Shown: one piece after another, positions 41,328-53,852 of the stretch
Layout: each line of letters starts with the position of its first letter
Numbering within the stretch: position 1 is the stretch's first letter
From: Eledone cirrhosa
Lineage: Eukaryota
Direction: 5' to 3'
Assembly: GCA_964016885.1 (NCBI GenBank)
Contig: OZ024741.1
Coordinates: forward strand, 163,680,001 to 163,744,000
DNA: 64,000 nt
The notes under the pieces: generated by a model
Database searches by the model: none
What the model saw: only the letters and a program-made list of their open reading frames with translations
Told to the model about the DNA's origin: nothing
Position numbers and translations under genes: made by a program

Positions 41328-44300
41328 ACGTACTCCTCCCCAACAACAAGTGACGATGAGGGAGAGCCTTTCCGAGCAGTAAAAAGAAAAAAAGAAAAGA
41401 CATAACACAAACAAAAATGTAACAAACACACAAACACCAACACAAGCGACGCAAACAGCACAAACAAAAATACCCCCTCCTGAAAACAAAACACCTACTA
41501 CAAAACTTAAACACACACAAGAACCACAGACAAAAAGCAACCCAACACAACAAAAATGTTACACCTACATAAATACTATCAATAAAACTTTAACAGACAC
41601 CATATATAAAAACCCTTCGGTGGAGACCGATGGGAAAACTTTTACACACTCTTCGGAGAATCCTAATCTTAAAATGATTAGGACTTCCATGGACACACAT
41701 AAAAAGTTAAAAGAAAAATTTCCTAACGACGTAGGTAACCCCTGCGTCAAACCCTACAATCGAGTCCTATTAAAATGTTTCCCCACCCCCTCCCCATCAA
41801 ACATCTCTGTCCCCACCCCTCCAGAGACCACCACCCCACCAAACAACCCCTCCAACACCCCCATGGAAATTGTGCAGCCTGGTCCCCAGGAGACGAAGAG
41901 GTGAGTGATTTCTTTTCCTCTTCTGTTAACTTTTCAGCAGCAACATGGCCAATACAAGAGTTGGATGTGTGAATGTACGCGGCCTGGATGCCCTGGAAAC
42001 AGGGCAAACTCTTAAACGACCTCAGGTCGCACAGCATGGTTGTAGTAGCCATTTGCGAGTCCAGGATCCACGGCGAGCGAAAACTGGCCCCCATCTTCGA
42101 CGAGTTTGAGATCTACGCATCTCTCTGTCAGCCGGGTGGTGGGGGTGGGGTTGCCGTTTTGCTGCGGAAACACCTGGACCTCGTAACACAGACGGTACAT
42201 CTGAACCCGGAGGGTCGACTTGTGGTTCTAGACGTTGACAGTAGTGAGGGTGGAGCCTTCAGGATGGTGGCCGCATATGCCCCATTCGGGACACCGCGGC
42301 CAGACTTCTTCAAACGTCTAGAGAGTTTTCTGGGAACGTCCCGCTCCCTGCTGTTAGTGGGGACTGGAATGAAATCCTAGATGCACGTTGGAACTATGTG
42401 GGAGCATGTCCCGATAGAGGGGGGGTGTAACAGCCTCAAACAGTTAATCGGCCGATTGGAACTGGCCGATAGATATCGACTAGATTTTCCAACTGTGCTA
42501 CTGTGGACGTGGACTAATCACAGCGGAACATCTAGATCGTACCTAGATAGGGTTCTAGTTAGAAAGAAGGTTGGGACATGTTAAGCTGTCCACAAATGTT
42601 CATGGTTGCCTATTCAGATCACAAATTAGTGACCTGCTTAGTCAACCTGGACAAAATCCATAGACAGGGACCCAGCTACTGGAAGCTGAACTTGTCGTTA
42701 CCGACATGCAAAGCCTACAGTAGACGGATTAGCACTTTAGTTAAGCATCACTTGACGGGGGCCATTGTCAACAACAGATGTTGGTACTCTCTCAAGAGGG
42801 CAGTTAGATTAGACTCGATAGGTTTTAGTAAAGAATTAGTGTTAGATAGAAATAAGACCTAAAAGGAACTGGTAGCGACGAGAACGGCCTTGGACCAGTA
42901 ATTGGACGCAAAGCATGAAGGTTGCGTTGTCAGAAGCAAAATACGTGCTCTGGGAAACGAGGGAGCCAAAGCTGTTAGCTGGGCCCGAGTGACGGAGGCG
43001 AAAAGTGGCAACAGTCCACGAGTCGGTCTTTGAAGGGCCAAGACGGACGCGTGATACGTGAGCCGAAGGCAATGTACGCGGCCTTTGAGCGGCACTTTGC
43101 TCAACTATTCGGGCAGGGCGGCGCGCTGGAAGGGGCTATGGATTTTGGTCCATACCTCGACGGCCTACCGCGACTCTCAGACAGCGAGGCGAAGTTCTGC
43201 GAAAGGCCGATTTCGGCCGCTGAGATAGAGGACGCACTGAGCCAATGCGGCAAACGCAAATCTCCAGGTCTCGACGGTCTACCCTACGAATTTTACCTAG
43301 CAATGCCAGACTTGTTCTCCGATCTCCTGGAAGCGGTCTACTGCAAATGGCAGCAGAACGGGAGAATTCCCAGTTCTGTGACCAAGGGCGTAATCACGTT
43401 AGTCAGGAAGGACGAGAACAAGGGGGATGACATAGGCAACTTCCGGCCCATAACTCTGCTCAACACAGAGTTACAGATTTTGGCCAAGGTGTTGGCAAAG
43501 ACTGGCGCTTGTCGTAGAAAACCTGGTGGGAGAAGCGCAGACATGCGCAATCCCGACCAGGTCCATACACGACAACCTCCACCTCATGCGATACATCATA
43601 GAGAGGCTAGGGTGGAAACCCGGCTTCGGCGGGGCCCTGATCAACTTGGATCAGTCTAAGGCTTTCGATAGGGTTGAGCAACTCGGAACGTGGAGAGGCA
43701 AACCGATGCTTTCCGATGAAGTCGTCGGACGCTGGATGGAAGGACCGGTAAAGCTGCTCAGGGTCTGGTTTGATCCTGACCCCCGGGTGGAGAAGAACTC
43801 GAACGAGGTGACGGCCAAGGAGTTTGCGCTCACCCAGAAGTGGGCCGAGTGCAATCTATCCTTGAAAGGTCGAGCGGAGGTGGCGAACACTTTTATAGCG
43901 TCCGTCATCTACTACCGCTTGACGTTGTGCCTTGTCCAGACAAAACGCTCACCAAAATGGAGCGCGCGCTCTTCCAATTCCTTTGGAAGAAACGAACTCC
44001 TTTGGTGAGAAGATCCATCTGCAGCCAACACCCTTCAAACGGAGGGCTGGGGAAGCCGTGGCTGACGATGCGCAAACACGCTCTCAGGCTGCGGCACCTC
44101 CACGTATTCCTCCCCAGACAACCGGTGTGGGCCCCGTTCGTGAGGCGAGCCTTCCCACGACTCGTCTCGCTACCGAGCTGCAGACCTGGGTCAAGCAAAG
44201 ACCGAGGAAAATGGGCGACTGGCATATCGAATGTGCTCAGGCGCTCACAGTCCTCTGGCAAACGGACTCAGCGATCAGTGGAGACTCCACTTCGACATTC

Positions 44301-45144
44301 TATAGAGGGTTCGTCCGCAGCAAGTGCGACGACACGCTCGGAGAAACTCTAGGCGTAGAGGAGGACGAACTGGCCAGTCTGTTCGGTAGGACCTTCCGCC
44401 CGGGACCCATGGACAACTTCCAAAAGTCCCTAGCCTGGCAGTGCTACCGAGGAGCTCTACCAGTTCGAGACAAGCTCTACAGACACGGGCCCCCGGGTAG
44501 GGACCCTTCGAAAAATATCTGTCCGAGATGCGTGCGCGACGAGGAAACCGTCGCACACACATTTGTACACGGCCCGGGCGTTACCGACCTGTGGGGCTAT
44601 GTAGAACGACTATTGTCGCGGGTGGGACCAATCCAGTTGACCACCGAGTCCATTGTCATAATGAAACCGCCACCCTCCTTCAAAAACGAGGGAGAGGCGG
44701 TTTTGCTATGTGTTATGGCTATGGTGAAAGAGGTTATATGGTGGACGAAGTTAAAAGGGCTGAGGTCAGACACGTTTCTCTCCGGCAAGCAACTGATTCG
44801 TTTTTTCAAATATCATTTTGGAAGAAGAATCAGGATGGATAGAGAGGTACTGTAACTCAGCAAATTTTATAAAAGGTGGGTGAATGTGGCAAAGATGGCC
44901 CGATTGGTTGGGCCTTCTCTCTATATAAGCCTGTGGGTGGAGGAAAAAGAGGAAGAGAGGAATGGAGTACTCACTCTTGGTGCTCCTGGAGATGAGGGTT
45001 GTACATTTTTTCGCGGTGTGTACAACCCCTGTGTAACCCCCCCCCCCCTATTGGGGATTTCAATTGTGATTTGTTGTCTTCTTAATAGTTTTATTTTCAT
45101 TCCCCTTCTTTTGTGCCCTTGTGGCTAATAAAGAAATTTATCTA
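41328..45144 (+). mobile_element. Second Tx1-like LINE directly in tandem (ORF2 from ATG 41945, internal RT deletion)
   Basis: KSPGLDG, NFRPITLLN; DQSKAFDRV joined directly to QLGTWRG; CPRC..ETVAH; ends aataaagaaatttatctat. Confidence 0.9.
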
Positions 45145-45446
45145 TGCATGCGTATAAATAAAGAATCTGAGCTGAAAAATTGATTCATTGAATCGTTCAT
45201 TATAAATTTCTGAGATTAAACTCCCTGTAATTTACAGACGGACTCATTATATACAATTTATTTTCCCTTACTATATTCTCTACAGTTTGTAATGAACGCT
45301 GAAAATAATTTTTGGTAGATCAGCACAGTGGATATCATTAAACGGAAATACTAAAAAAAGACATATAGAAACGAACTCAATTATTGATGATAGCAGTTTT
45401 AAAAGATCGATATTACCTGTAAAGTACATGCAGCCTTCAACCTATT

Positions 45447-46027
<581 letters not shown>

Positions 46028-46029
46028 AA

Positions 46030-46099
<70 letters not shown>

Positions 46100-46279
46100 C
46101 AATAGCTATCATTCCTAGTAATTTATTTTGGAAATACGATTTCTTTTCACTGATTGATAGAACTACGTACATTTAAATGAATGATATTGAAACATTAAAC
46201 AATGAGTAATTGATTTTTTTTATCCAATAAACCAACTTTACTTTGTTAGTCTACCAAAACAATACAGTTGCTCTTTCTT

Positions 46280-47460
46280 TTTTCTCAGTAAATCGTCTTC
46301 TTTTCTCCAGCCACTTATTCCTGAGAGGGTCGTAGGTACAGAGTCCTCCAACACTCCTTCCAGCGTATCCTGTCAACGCAACTGTCTCTAAATGTTCGGC
46401 TAGATCCCCAAGCGAGACCAACCAAACTCATAGATGTTATCCAAGCATCATTCTTGGGGGTCTACCCCTGTGTCTCCTGTCAGCTGATTTTTGCCCATAG
46501 AATCTATCCAGTGATTCTTTCCTGAGACATTCTAACCACATGCCCATTGTATCGAAACTGCGATCATTCAATTCGGAGAAGCTGCGGCTCTACTTGGTGT
46601 GACACGCTGATCTCCGAACTACGTACTATGTTGAGTAACATTACTCCAAACACCATTCGGAGGAACCCCATTTCGACCGCTTGTATTCACGGTCGTATTC
46701 TTTCGGTCATTACCCAAGATTCATGACCACAGGTAAGGGTCGGCACGAATACCGAATTAAAGATAGCGAGCTTCGCTTTTACACCTACTTCCCTTCTTCT
46801 GATTACTGAATGCTGAAGCTGGTGTATTACTGCAACAGCTCCTGCAATTATTGCAGTTAAATCAACCTCTTGTCTTCCATCACTCGTGAACAAGGCCCCA
46901 ATATACTAGACCTTCTCTATTTGCTTCTGTGGAACTCCATTCACATGTAGAGTGTACTGCGCAGGCTTCTTTGAGAGGACGAGCGTCTCAGTTTTTGCAG
47001 CACTGATTTTCATTCCAGCCATGCAACACTCGGCATCAAAGCAATCAAATACAAGTCGAAGATCACCTTCTGTCGAGTTAAGTGACATGATGTCGTCTGC
47101 AAATTACAGTTGACTGATTTCACTTCCATTGTGATATCCCTTCCAACCCGGCTGTGCATGTCAATCCTGTTCATAAAATAATTAACAGGAGAGGTGACAG
47201 CAAGCACCCTTGGCGGAGTCCGATTCCCATATTGTGTGGTTTCGATTTAGCACCATTTATCCGAATACATATACTCGGGCATTCATATAGAGACATGAAG
47301 GCACCAAGAAACTGACCATCGATACAATACTCCTGCCGAACCTTCTACAGCAGGTCCCAAGAAACGCAGTCATATGACTTTTCGAGGTCTACAAAACAAG
47401 AATGTACCAATACTCCCATGATTTCTCGAAGACCTGCCGCATTCGAATATTATCTTAGTA
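46280..47460 (-). mobile_element. RTE-clade LINE 3' fragment
   Basis: LRQGCLLSPL, FADD, KISAAKTE, AKLAIFNSVFVPTLTCGHESW. Confidence 0.8.
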
Positions 47461-48399
47461 CTGCAACAATACAAAATAATTGTTTCTACGTTAGGCACAA
47501 GGCCAGCAATTACCCAGGGTATTATTGTACAAAATAATGGACTTCTTCGTGGGTCATTGTTTTTATTATTGTACCATGTACTTTTACAAATAATGTGGGT
47601 GCTGTTCATGCTGTTATGGATGTTGTTCTGGCTGTAGTTCAGATGCTGACAGTCATGTGTGGTGGTGTTACCCAACGTCTGCATTCTCTCCTGTGTGCTG
47701 GAATGCCCTAAAGTGGTCAGTTTCACGAAAATGCGTGCACTCCGCGATGCAGAACCATTCGAGCATACCACCAAGATCTTTGTGTGCTACTATCACCTGA
47801 CACTTCATGAACATTTCACCCCATTTTTATTTTGGTGTGAATTTCAATCCAATAACCTTCCCTATGTTTTAACTATTGTCTTCGACCTTGCTTGTTCCGT
47901 TTGTAGGGGAAACTATCACTGATTTAGAGTTGTATAATAACATGTCTATAAAATATGCAAGATGTAGGAAGAACTCTGCCTGTCTCTTATCAATGCTTTT
48001 TTTTTTTCTGCTCGCTACCTATCCAGCCGTGGCTGGCAGTGTATATTTCAATCGATAACCAACAAAAAAAATTTTTTTTCCCATGGAACAGGCGTTTACA
48101 CCCATTCCAAAAATCCCCGGTTAAAAGTGTTTGAAAATAAAATAGCTAGTTGAGATTTTAAAGGGACAATATTTGGCATAAGAGATAATCTTTCTCTTGC
48201 TTTTATTACTTCCAGTAATAACAGAGTCAGCTGTTCATTTCCAGGTACGCACGCCATTCTTACTCTTTATAGAAAGGTAGTAAATGACGTCGCATACCGA
48301 AGCAATAATATCTGTCACTGCTCCAAGTACTGAGACCCCTCAAGTTAGCCAAGAAAGTAACCAGAGAATGAACAACAACAAATACAATGATAACAAACA

Positions 48400-48620
48400 T
48401 AATGATTTCTGGTATAGGTACAAGGCCAGTAATTTGGGGGTAGGGGAAAGTCGATTAAATCGACCCCAGTGCGTGACTGGTACTTTATTTTATCGACCCC
48501 CGTAAGGATGAAAGGCAAAGTTAACCTCGGCGGGATTTGAACTCAGATCATAAAGGGCTGTAACTTTATGCTGCAAACCATGGCTCCGACCCTCTACCGA
48601 TACTGCCAATCCACCGCCCT
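48400..48620 (-). mobile_element. Nin-core SINE
   Basis: Family match. Confidence 0.9.
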
Positions 48621-48868
48621 CCAATGATAGCAAACATAATAAAAACAAAACTAGTGTAATGGTTGATAATGTTTTCTCATTCGCCAACGCAACAATCATG
48701 TGTGTCTAACTTTAGCTTCAGAACAAAATGAAGGGTGATACAGTCAGACCTAGTCCGATGATGTTGTCGACAAAACAAAATAGTGACACCATCAATGGAA
48801 CAGTCAAAATAAAAAATAATAATAATAAAACAATAACAATATAGTTATTATTATTATTATTATTATTG

Positions 48869-49733
48869 CACTCGGAGAAGTTTTGGGCCTCGACGAAGTC
48901 GAACTGACCAGTCTGTACCGGAGGACTTTTGAGTCGGGGACGATGGACAATTTCCAGAAATCCCTCGCTTGGCAGTGCTACCGGGGGGCACTGCCGGTCG
49001 CGATAAACTCTACAGGCACGGAAGTGCTGTCAGACGGACCTGCCCAAGATGCGCACAGAACGACGAAACCGTTCTGCACGCACTTGTGCAATGTCCGTGC
49101 ATTACTGACTTGTGGAGTTATGTCGAACAGCTACTGTCGCGTGTGGAACGAATCCGGTTATCGGCCGAGTCCATAGTGAAGATCGAGCCGCCACCTTCCT
49201 TAGGTCAGGAAGAGCAGGACATTTTCCTCTGTCTGGTGACAGTTGCGAAAGAGATTATATGGTGGACCAGGTTGAAAGGACTAAAGACAGACACTTTTCT
49301 CTTCGGCCAATCCCTCATCAACTTCTTCAAGTTTCACCTGGAAAGGAGGGTGAGGGTGGAGAGAGAAGTGCTGCCCCCCAGTACATTTGCTAAAAGGTGG
49401 GTGAATGTGGCGAGAATGGCTCGTGTGAATGGGCCTACTCTGACCATGCGCCTATAGGCTGGCTAACTTGAGGAGAGGGGTGCTCTCCTGGGTGCCCTAG
49501 AAGCGCAGGGTAGTTCAGGATTGGTGGGGTACCCGAATCACCCCAGGGTCGTCCACCCCCTATCGGGGAATTTATTTTGTTATATTTTGCATATTTTATT
49601 TTATATTTTTATATTTTCATTGTTAAATTAGTCTTGCCATTGTGCACTTTTACTCGACCTTATTGTAAGCCCCCACTGTCCCTGTCTTTGTATTGTCTCC
49701 TACATGTCGGCCCTTGTGGCTAATAAATGAAAT
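48869..49733 (+). mobile_element. 5'-truncated Tx1-like LINE inserted in (ATT)n
   Basis: DNFQKSLAWQCYRGALPV, CPRC..ETVLH; (ATT)n on both sides. Confidence 0.9.
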
Positions 49734-49780
49734 CATTATTATTATTATTATTATTATTTTAATAATAATAATAATAATAA

Positions 49781-50077
49781 TGCTTTCTTTATTAACCACA
49801 AGGGTCTACATAAAGTAGACATTAAGGACATTACAGGACAATACAGGGCTGTACAAATGGGCATTTCTGCGTGTAAAAAAAACAAGAAACAGAGGATGTA
49901 ATAATAGAACAATGAAAAAATTCCCCAATAGGGGGGAGACTTCCGAGGGACATTCGTGGAGAAAGCCCATTAAAAAGCCACAGTGACCCTGACCACCAGG
50001 GCAAGTGCCCTCTCCCAGTTTTCCACCTTTAATTTACTGACACATACTCAGAGTAGGCCCATTCACTCGAGCCATTC

Positions 50078-50078
<1 letters not shown>
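49781..50078 (-). mobile_element. Short 3'-end copy of the adjacent Tx1 family
   Basis: Highly similar to 50157-50440; flanked by (TAA)n. Confidence 0.85.
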
Positions 50079-50155
<77 letters not shown>

Positions 50156-50398
50156 TTTTCTTTATTAACCACAAGCGTTTACATAAAGTAGACATTAAGG
50201 ACAGTACAGGACAATACAGGACGGTACAAATGGGCATTTCTGCGTGTAAAAAAAACAGAGGATGAAATAAAATAACAAAGAAAAATTCCCCAATAGGGGG
50301 GAAACTTCCGAGGGACATTTGTGGAGAAAGCCCATTAAAAGACCACAGTGGCCCTGACCACCAGGGCAAGTGCCCTCTCCCAGTTTTCCACCTTTAAT

Positions 50399-53300
50399 TT
50401 ACAGACACATACTCAGAGAAGGCCCATTCATTCGGGCCATACTTGCTTCTCTCACCCATCTTTCAACAAAATGCTGGGAAGAGAGCACCTCCCTCTCTAC
50501 CCTGATTTTCCTTTTCAAATGAAATTTGAAAAAGTTAATCAGGGCATCACCGAAGAGGTAAGTGCTCGTCTTCAGCCCTTTCAAACGTGTCCACCATACT
50601 ATCTCTTTCGCCATGGCCACCAGACAGATAAAAACTGCCTGCCCTTCCCGGCTAAAGGAAGGGGGCGGGACAATCCTCACGATGGACTCAGCTGATAGCT
50701 GGATCCGTCCTACACGTGACAGCAGGTGTTCGACATAAACCCACAAGTCAGCAATGCTCGGACACTGGACGAGTGCGTGCAGGACGGTTTCGTCGCCCTG
50801 CGCACATCTCGGACATGCCCGGCTGACGGCACCTCCATGCCTGTAGAGTTTATCCCGAACTGGCAAAGCTCCTCGGTAGCACTGCCAGGCCAGGGATTTC
50901 TGGAAGTTGTCCATAGGCCCCGGCCCGAAAGTCCTTCCGAAGAGATTGGCTAGTTGATTTTCGTCGACGCCTAGAGTTTCTCCAAGTACGTCGTCGCTCT
51001 TCCCCTCCACTAATCCCCTATAGAACGCCAAGGTGGAGTTTCCACCGATCACATTGCCCGATTGGTCGAGGGCTGTGAGCGCTTGAAGACATTCCATTCT
51101 CCAAGCGCTCCCTCTCGGTCTTCGCTTGACCCAGGACTGCAGCTCCGTCAAGGAGACGAGCTGGGGAAAAACGCGTCTAGCAAACGGCGACCACACCTGA
51201 TCACCGTCGAGGAAGAGGTGGAGATGTCGTAGCCTGAGCGCGTGTCTGCGCATCATCAGCCACGGCATGCCCAGCCCTCCACGTAGCGGGTGTTGACAGC
51301 AGATGGATCGCCTGACCATCGGAGCGCGTCCCTTCCACAAGAAGCGAAAGAGAAAACGCTCCAGCGCAGTCAGGCGGGGCTTAGGACAAGGTACGACGGT
51401 CAGGCGGTAGTAGATGACGGACGCGATGTACGCGTTAGCCACCTCCGCTCGACCTTTCAGGGATAGCTTCCTCTCGGCCCATTTCTGGGTGACAGAAGCC
51501 ACACTGCTCGTCACCTCGTCCCAGTTTTTGTCCGTCTGGAGGTCTGCACCGAACCAGACCCCTAGCAATTTAACCGGTCCGTCCGTCCAGCGCCCGACGA
51601 CGCTGTTGGACGGCATGGACCTGCCTCTCCAGGTGCCGAGCTGCAGGCCCACTGACTTTTCCTGGTTGATCATTGCTCCTGTCACCGCTTCGTATTCTCT
51701 TAGTGTAGTGCCGATCGCCTCGATGTGTTTGGCGTTCGACACCACTACGGTGACATCGTCGGCATATGCTGACACGGATCTTCCGCATCCTAGTTCGCGC
51801 GGGACCCCCCTCAACGTCTCCACTTTGTGCAGTAATGGCTCGAGAGTCAATACGTACAATAGGGACGAGAGGGGACATCCTTGGCGGACCGAGCGCATGA
51901 TGTTGAACGGTTCCGAAAGGTGACCGTTCACTCTCACTACAGAGCAGATGTCGCTGTGCATGGCAGCGATCCAGCCTCTGAAGACGGACCCAAAGCCAGC
52001 CGCCCTCAGGACTGCCGCTAGGTAACGATGGTCGACCCTATCGAAGGCTTTCGACTGATCTAAATTGATCAAAGACCCACCCGTGCCAGGTTCCCTAGCT
52101 ACCCTCTCTACGATGTATCGCATGAGGTGGAGGTTGTCGTGAATGGATCTGTCGGGAATGGCGCATGTCTGTGCCTCTCCCACCAGACCACCAACCACAA
52201 CCGCCAACCTCTTTGCTAGCACCTTGGCCAAAATCTTGAACTCTGTGTTTAGCAGAGTTATGGGCCTAAAATTATCTATGTTATCCCCCTTGTTCGGATC
52301 CTTTCTCAGCAGCGCCACCGCTCCTCGGCTCACAGAGCTGGGAATTCTCCCGTTCTGTTGCCAGTTGCAGTAGACGTCCGCCAAGAGGCCTCCGAACAAG
52401 TTTGGCATTTGTACGTAAAGTTCATAGGGCAGACCATCTAAACCAGGCGATTTACCCCTTGTGCAACTAGTCATTGCATCCCGTACTTCAGCGGTTGTTA
52501 TCGGCTTTACGCAACACTCCGCCTCAGTGGCCGAAAGCCGCGGCAGTCCGTCGAGGTAGACACTAAAGTCCATCCCTCGATCCGGCCCGCCACTGCCCCC
52601 GAACAGTTGAGCGAAGTGTCGCTGAAAAGCTTCACGCATTTGCCCGGGATCGAGTAGCATGCGCCCGTCGTGGTCCACCAAAGACCGGATCGTGGCTTTG
52701 TTGCCACGACGCGCCTCCGCCACTCGGGCCCATTGAACGGCTTTCGTCCCCTCGTGTCTGAGAGCACGCACCCTAGCTCTGACAACGCAGCCTTCGTGCT
52801 TTGCATTGAAGAATTGGTCAAGGGCCAATTTCGCCGCAAGTGCGTCGGTCGCGATGCCTTTGCTAAGTGCCTCATCTAATTTTCTACCTAATTCTCCCCC
52901 TGCTCTATTTTTCTCTATTGCTAAAGTGTTACTAAACCTAATGGACTCTATTCTAATTTCTCTTTTCAGAGCAAACCACCACTTGTTGTTGACGATGGCC
53001 CCCGTCAACGCCCGCTTAACTAGTTTGCTAATCCGGTCTCTGTAGGCCTTGCGCGCTGGTAAGGACGCGTTTAGCTTCCAGTAGTCGGGTCCTCGTCTAT
53101 GAAGCCTATCTAAGTCAAGCACACAGGTTACGAATTTGTGGTCCGTGTAGCTGACTATCTTGAATTGTGGACAGCCTATGCTAGACCTATCTATTTCCCT
53201 ACAAAATACTCTATCTAGATATGATCTGGATGACCCTATCCGATTTGTCCAAGTCCACATTGGCACATTCGGGAAATCCAATCGGTACCTGTCAGACAGT

Positions 53301-53818
53301 TCAAAACGCCTGAGCAGTTTGGTGAGGCTCTTGCACCCTCCACCCCTATCCACTAATCCCACACAATCCCAGCGTGCATCTAATATCCCGTTCCAGTCGC
53401 CCACTAACACTAAAGAGCGGGACATTCCAAGAAAGGTCTCCCGACGCCAGAAGAAATCAGGCCGCCCTGCTCCTGTCGGGGCATAGACGGCCACTAGCCT
53501 GAAAGCTTGCCCGTCTCCGCTGGTCACGTCCAGCACCACCAACTTACCCTCTGGGTCCAGGAAGATGGCCCGTATGGCGAGATCCAAACCTCTCCGAAAA
53601 AGCACAGCAACTCCTCCCCCCGATCCCGGACGGCTGCGAGATGCGTACACATCGTAGCCGCCGAAGATCGGTGCGAAAGCCTGTGCTTCGGAGATTCTGG
53701 TCTCGCTGATGGCCACTACATCTATGTTTAGTGACCTGAGGTCGTTGAGCAGGTGGCCCTGCTTCCATAACGACCCCAAGCCACGCGCATTTATGCTGCC
53801 TATTCTGAGTGAGGTCAT
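50399..53818 (-). CDS. Tx1 ORF2: AP endonuclease, reverse transcriptase and C-terminal Zn-binding motif (1139 aa, intact)
   Basis: NARGL, SET, AVYAP, GDWN, YLDR, TDH; KSPGLDG, NFRPITLLN, DQSKAFDRV, RQGCPLS, AYADD; CPRC..ETVLH..C. Confidence 0.95.
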   Translation of the reverse strand: MTSLRIGSINARGLGSLWKQGHLLNDLRSLNIDVVAISETRISEAQAFAPIFGGYDVYASRSRPGSGGGVAVLFRRGLDLAIRAIFLDPEGKLVVLDVTSGDGQAFRLVAVYAPTGAGRPDFFWRRETFLGMSRSLVLVGDWNGILDARWDCVGLVDRGGGCKSLTKLLRRFELSDRYRLDFPNVPMWTWTNRIGSSRSYLDRVFCREIDRSSIGCPQFKIVSYTDHKFVTCVLDLDRLHRRGPDYWKLNASLPARKAYRDRISKLVKRALTGAIVNNKWWFALKREIRIESIRFSNTLAIEKNRAGGELGRKLDEALSKGIATDALAAKLALDQFFNAKHEGCVVRARVRALRHEGTKAVQWARVAEARRGNKATIRSLVDHDGRMLLDPGQMREAFQRHFAQLFGGSGGPDRGMDFSVYLDGLPRLSATEAECCVKPITTAEVRDAMTSCTRGKSPGLDGLPYELYVQMPNLFGGLLADVYCNWQQNGRIPSSVSRGAVALLRKDPNKGDNIDNFRPITLLNTEFKILAKVLAKRLAVVVGGLVGEAQTCAIPDRSIHDNLHLMRYIVERVAREPGTGGSLINLDQSKAFDRVDHRYLAAVLRAAGFGSVFRGWIAAMHSDICSVVRVNGHLSEPFNIMRSVRQGCPLSSLLYVLTLEPLLHKVETLRGVPRELGCGRSVSAYADDVTVVVSNAKHIEAIGTTLREYEAVTGAMINQEKSVGLQLGTWRGRSMPSNSVVGRWTDGPVKLLGVWFGADLQTDKNWDEVTSSVASVTQKWAERKLSLKGRAEVANAYIASVIYYRLTVVPCPKPRLTALERFLFRFLWKGRAPMVRRSICCQHPLRGGLGMPWLMMRRHALRLRHLHLFLDGDQVWSPFARRVFPQLVSLTELQSWVKRRPRGSAWRMECLQALTALDQSGNVIGGNSTLAFYRGLVEGKSDDVLGETLGVDENQLANLFGRTFGPGPMDNFQKSLAWQCYRGALPVRDKLYRHGGAVSRACPRCAQGDETVLHALVQCPSIADLWVYVEHLLSRVGRIQLSAESIVRIVPPPSFSREGQAVFICLVAMAKEIVWWTRLKGLKTSTYLFGDALINFFKFHLKRKIRVEREVLSSQHFVERWVREASMARMNGPSLSMCL

Positions 53819-53852
53819 GTTGAAAAGGAGTGGAAAAGATGGGAAAGACCAC

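Noticed and set aside
47560-47830. FLYWCH/MULE-like remnant on the minus strand
   Set aside because: Only a vague W-x-C...H pattern with a frameshift; insufficient
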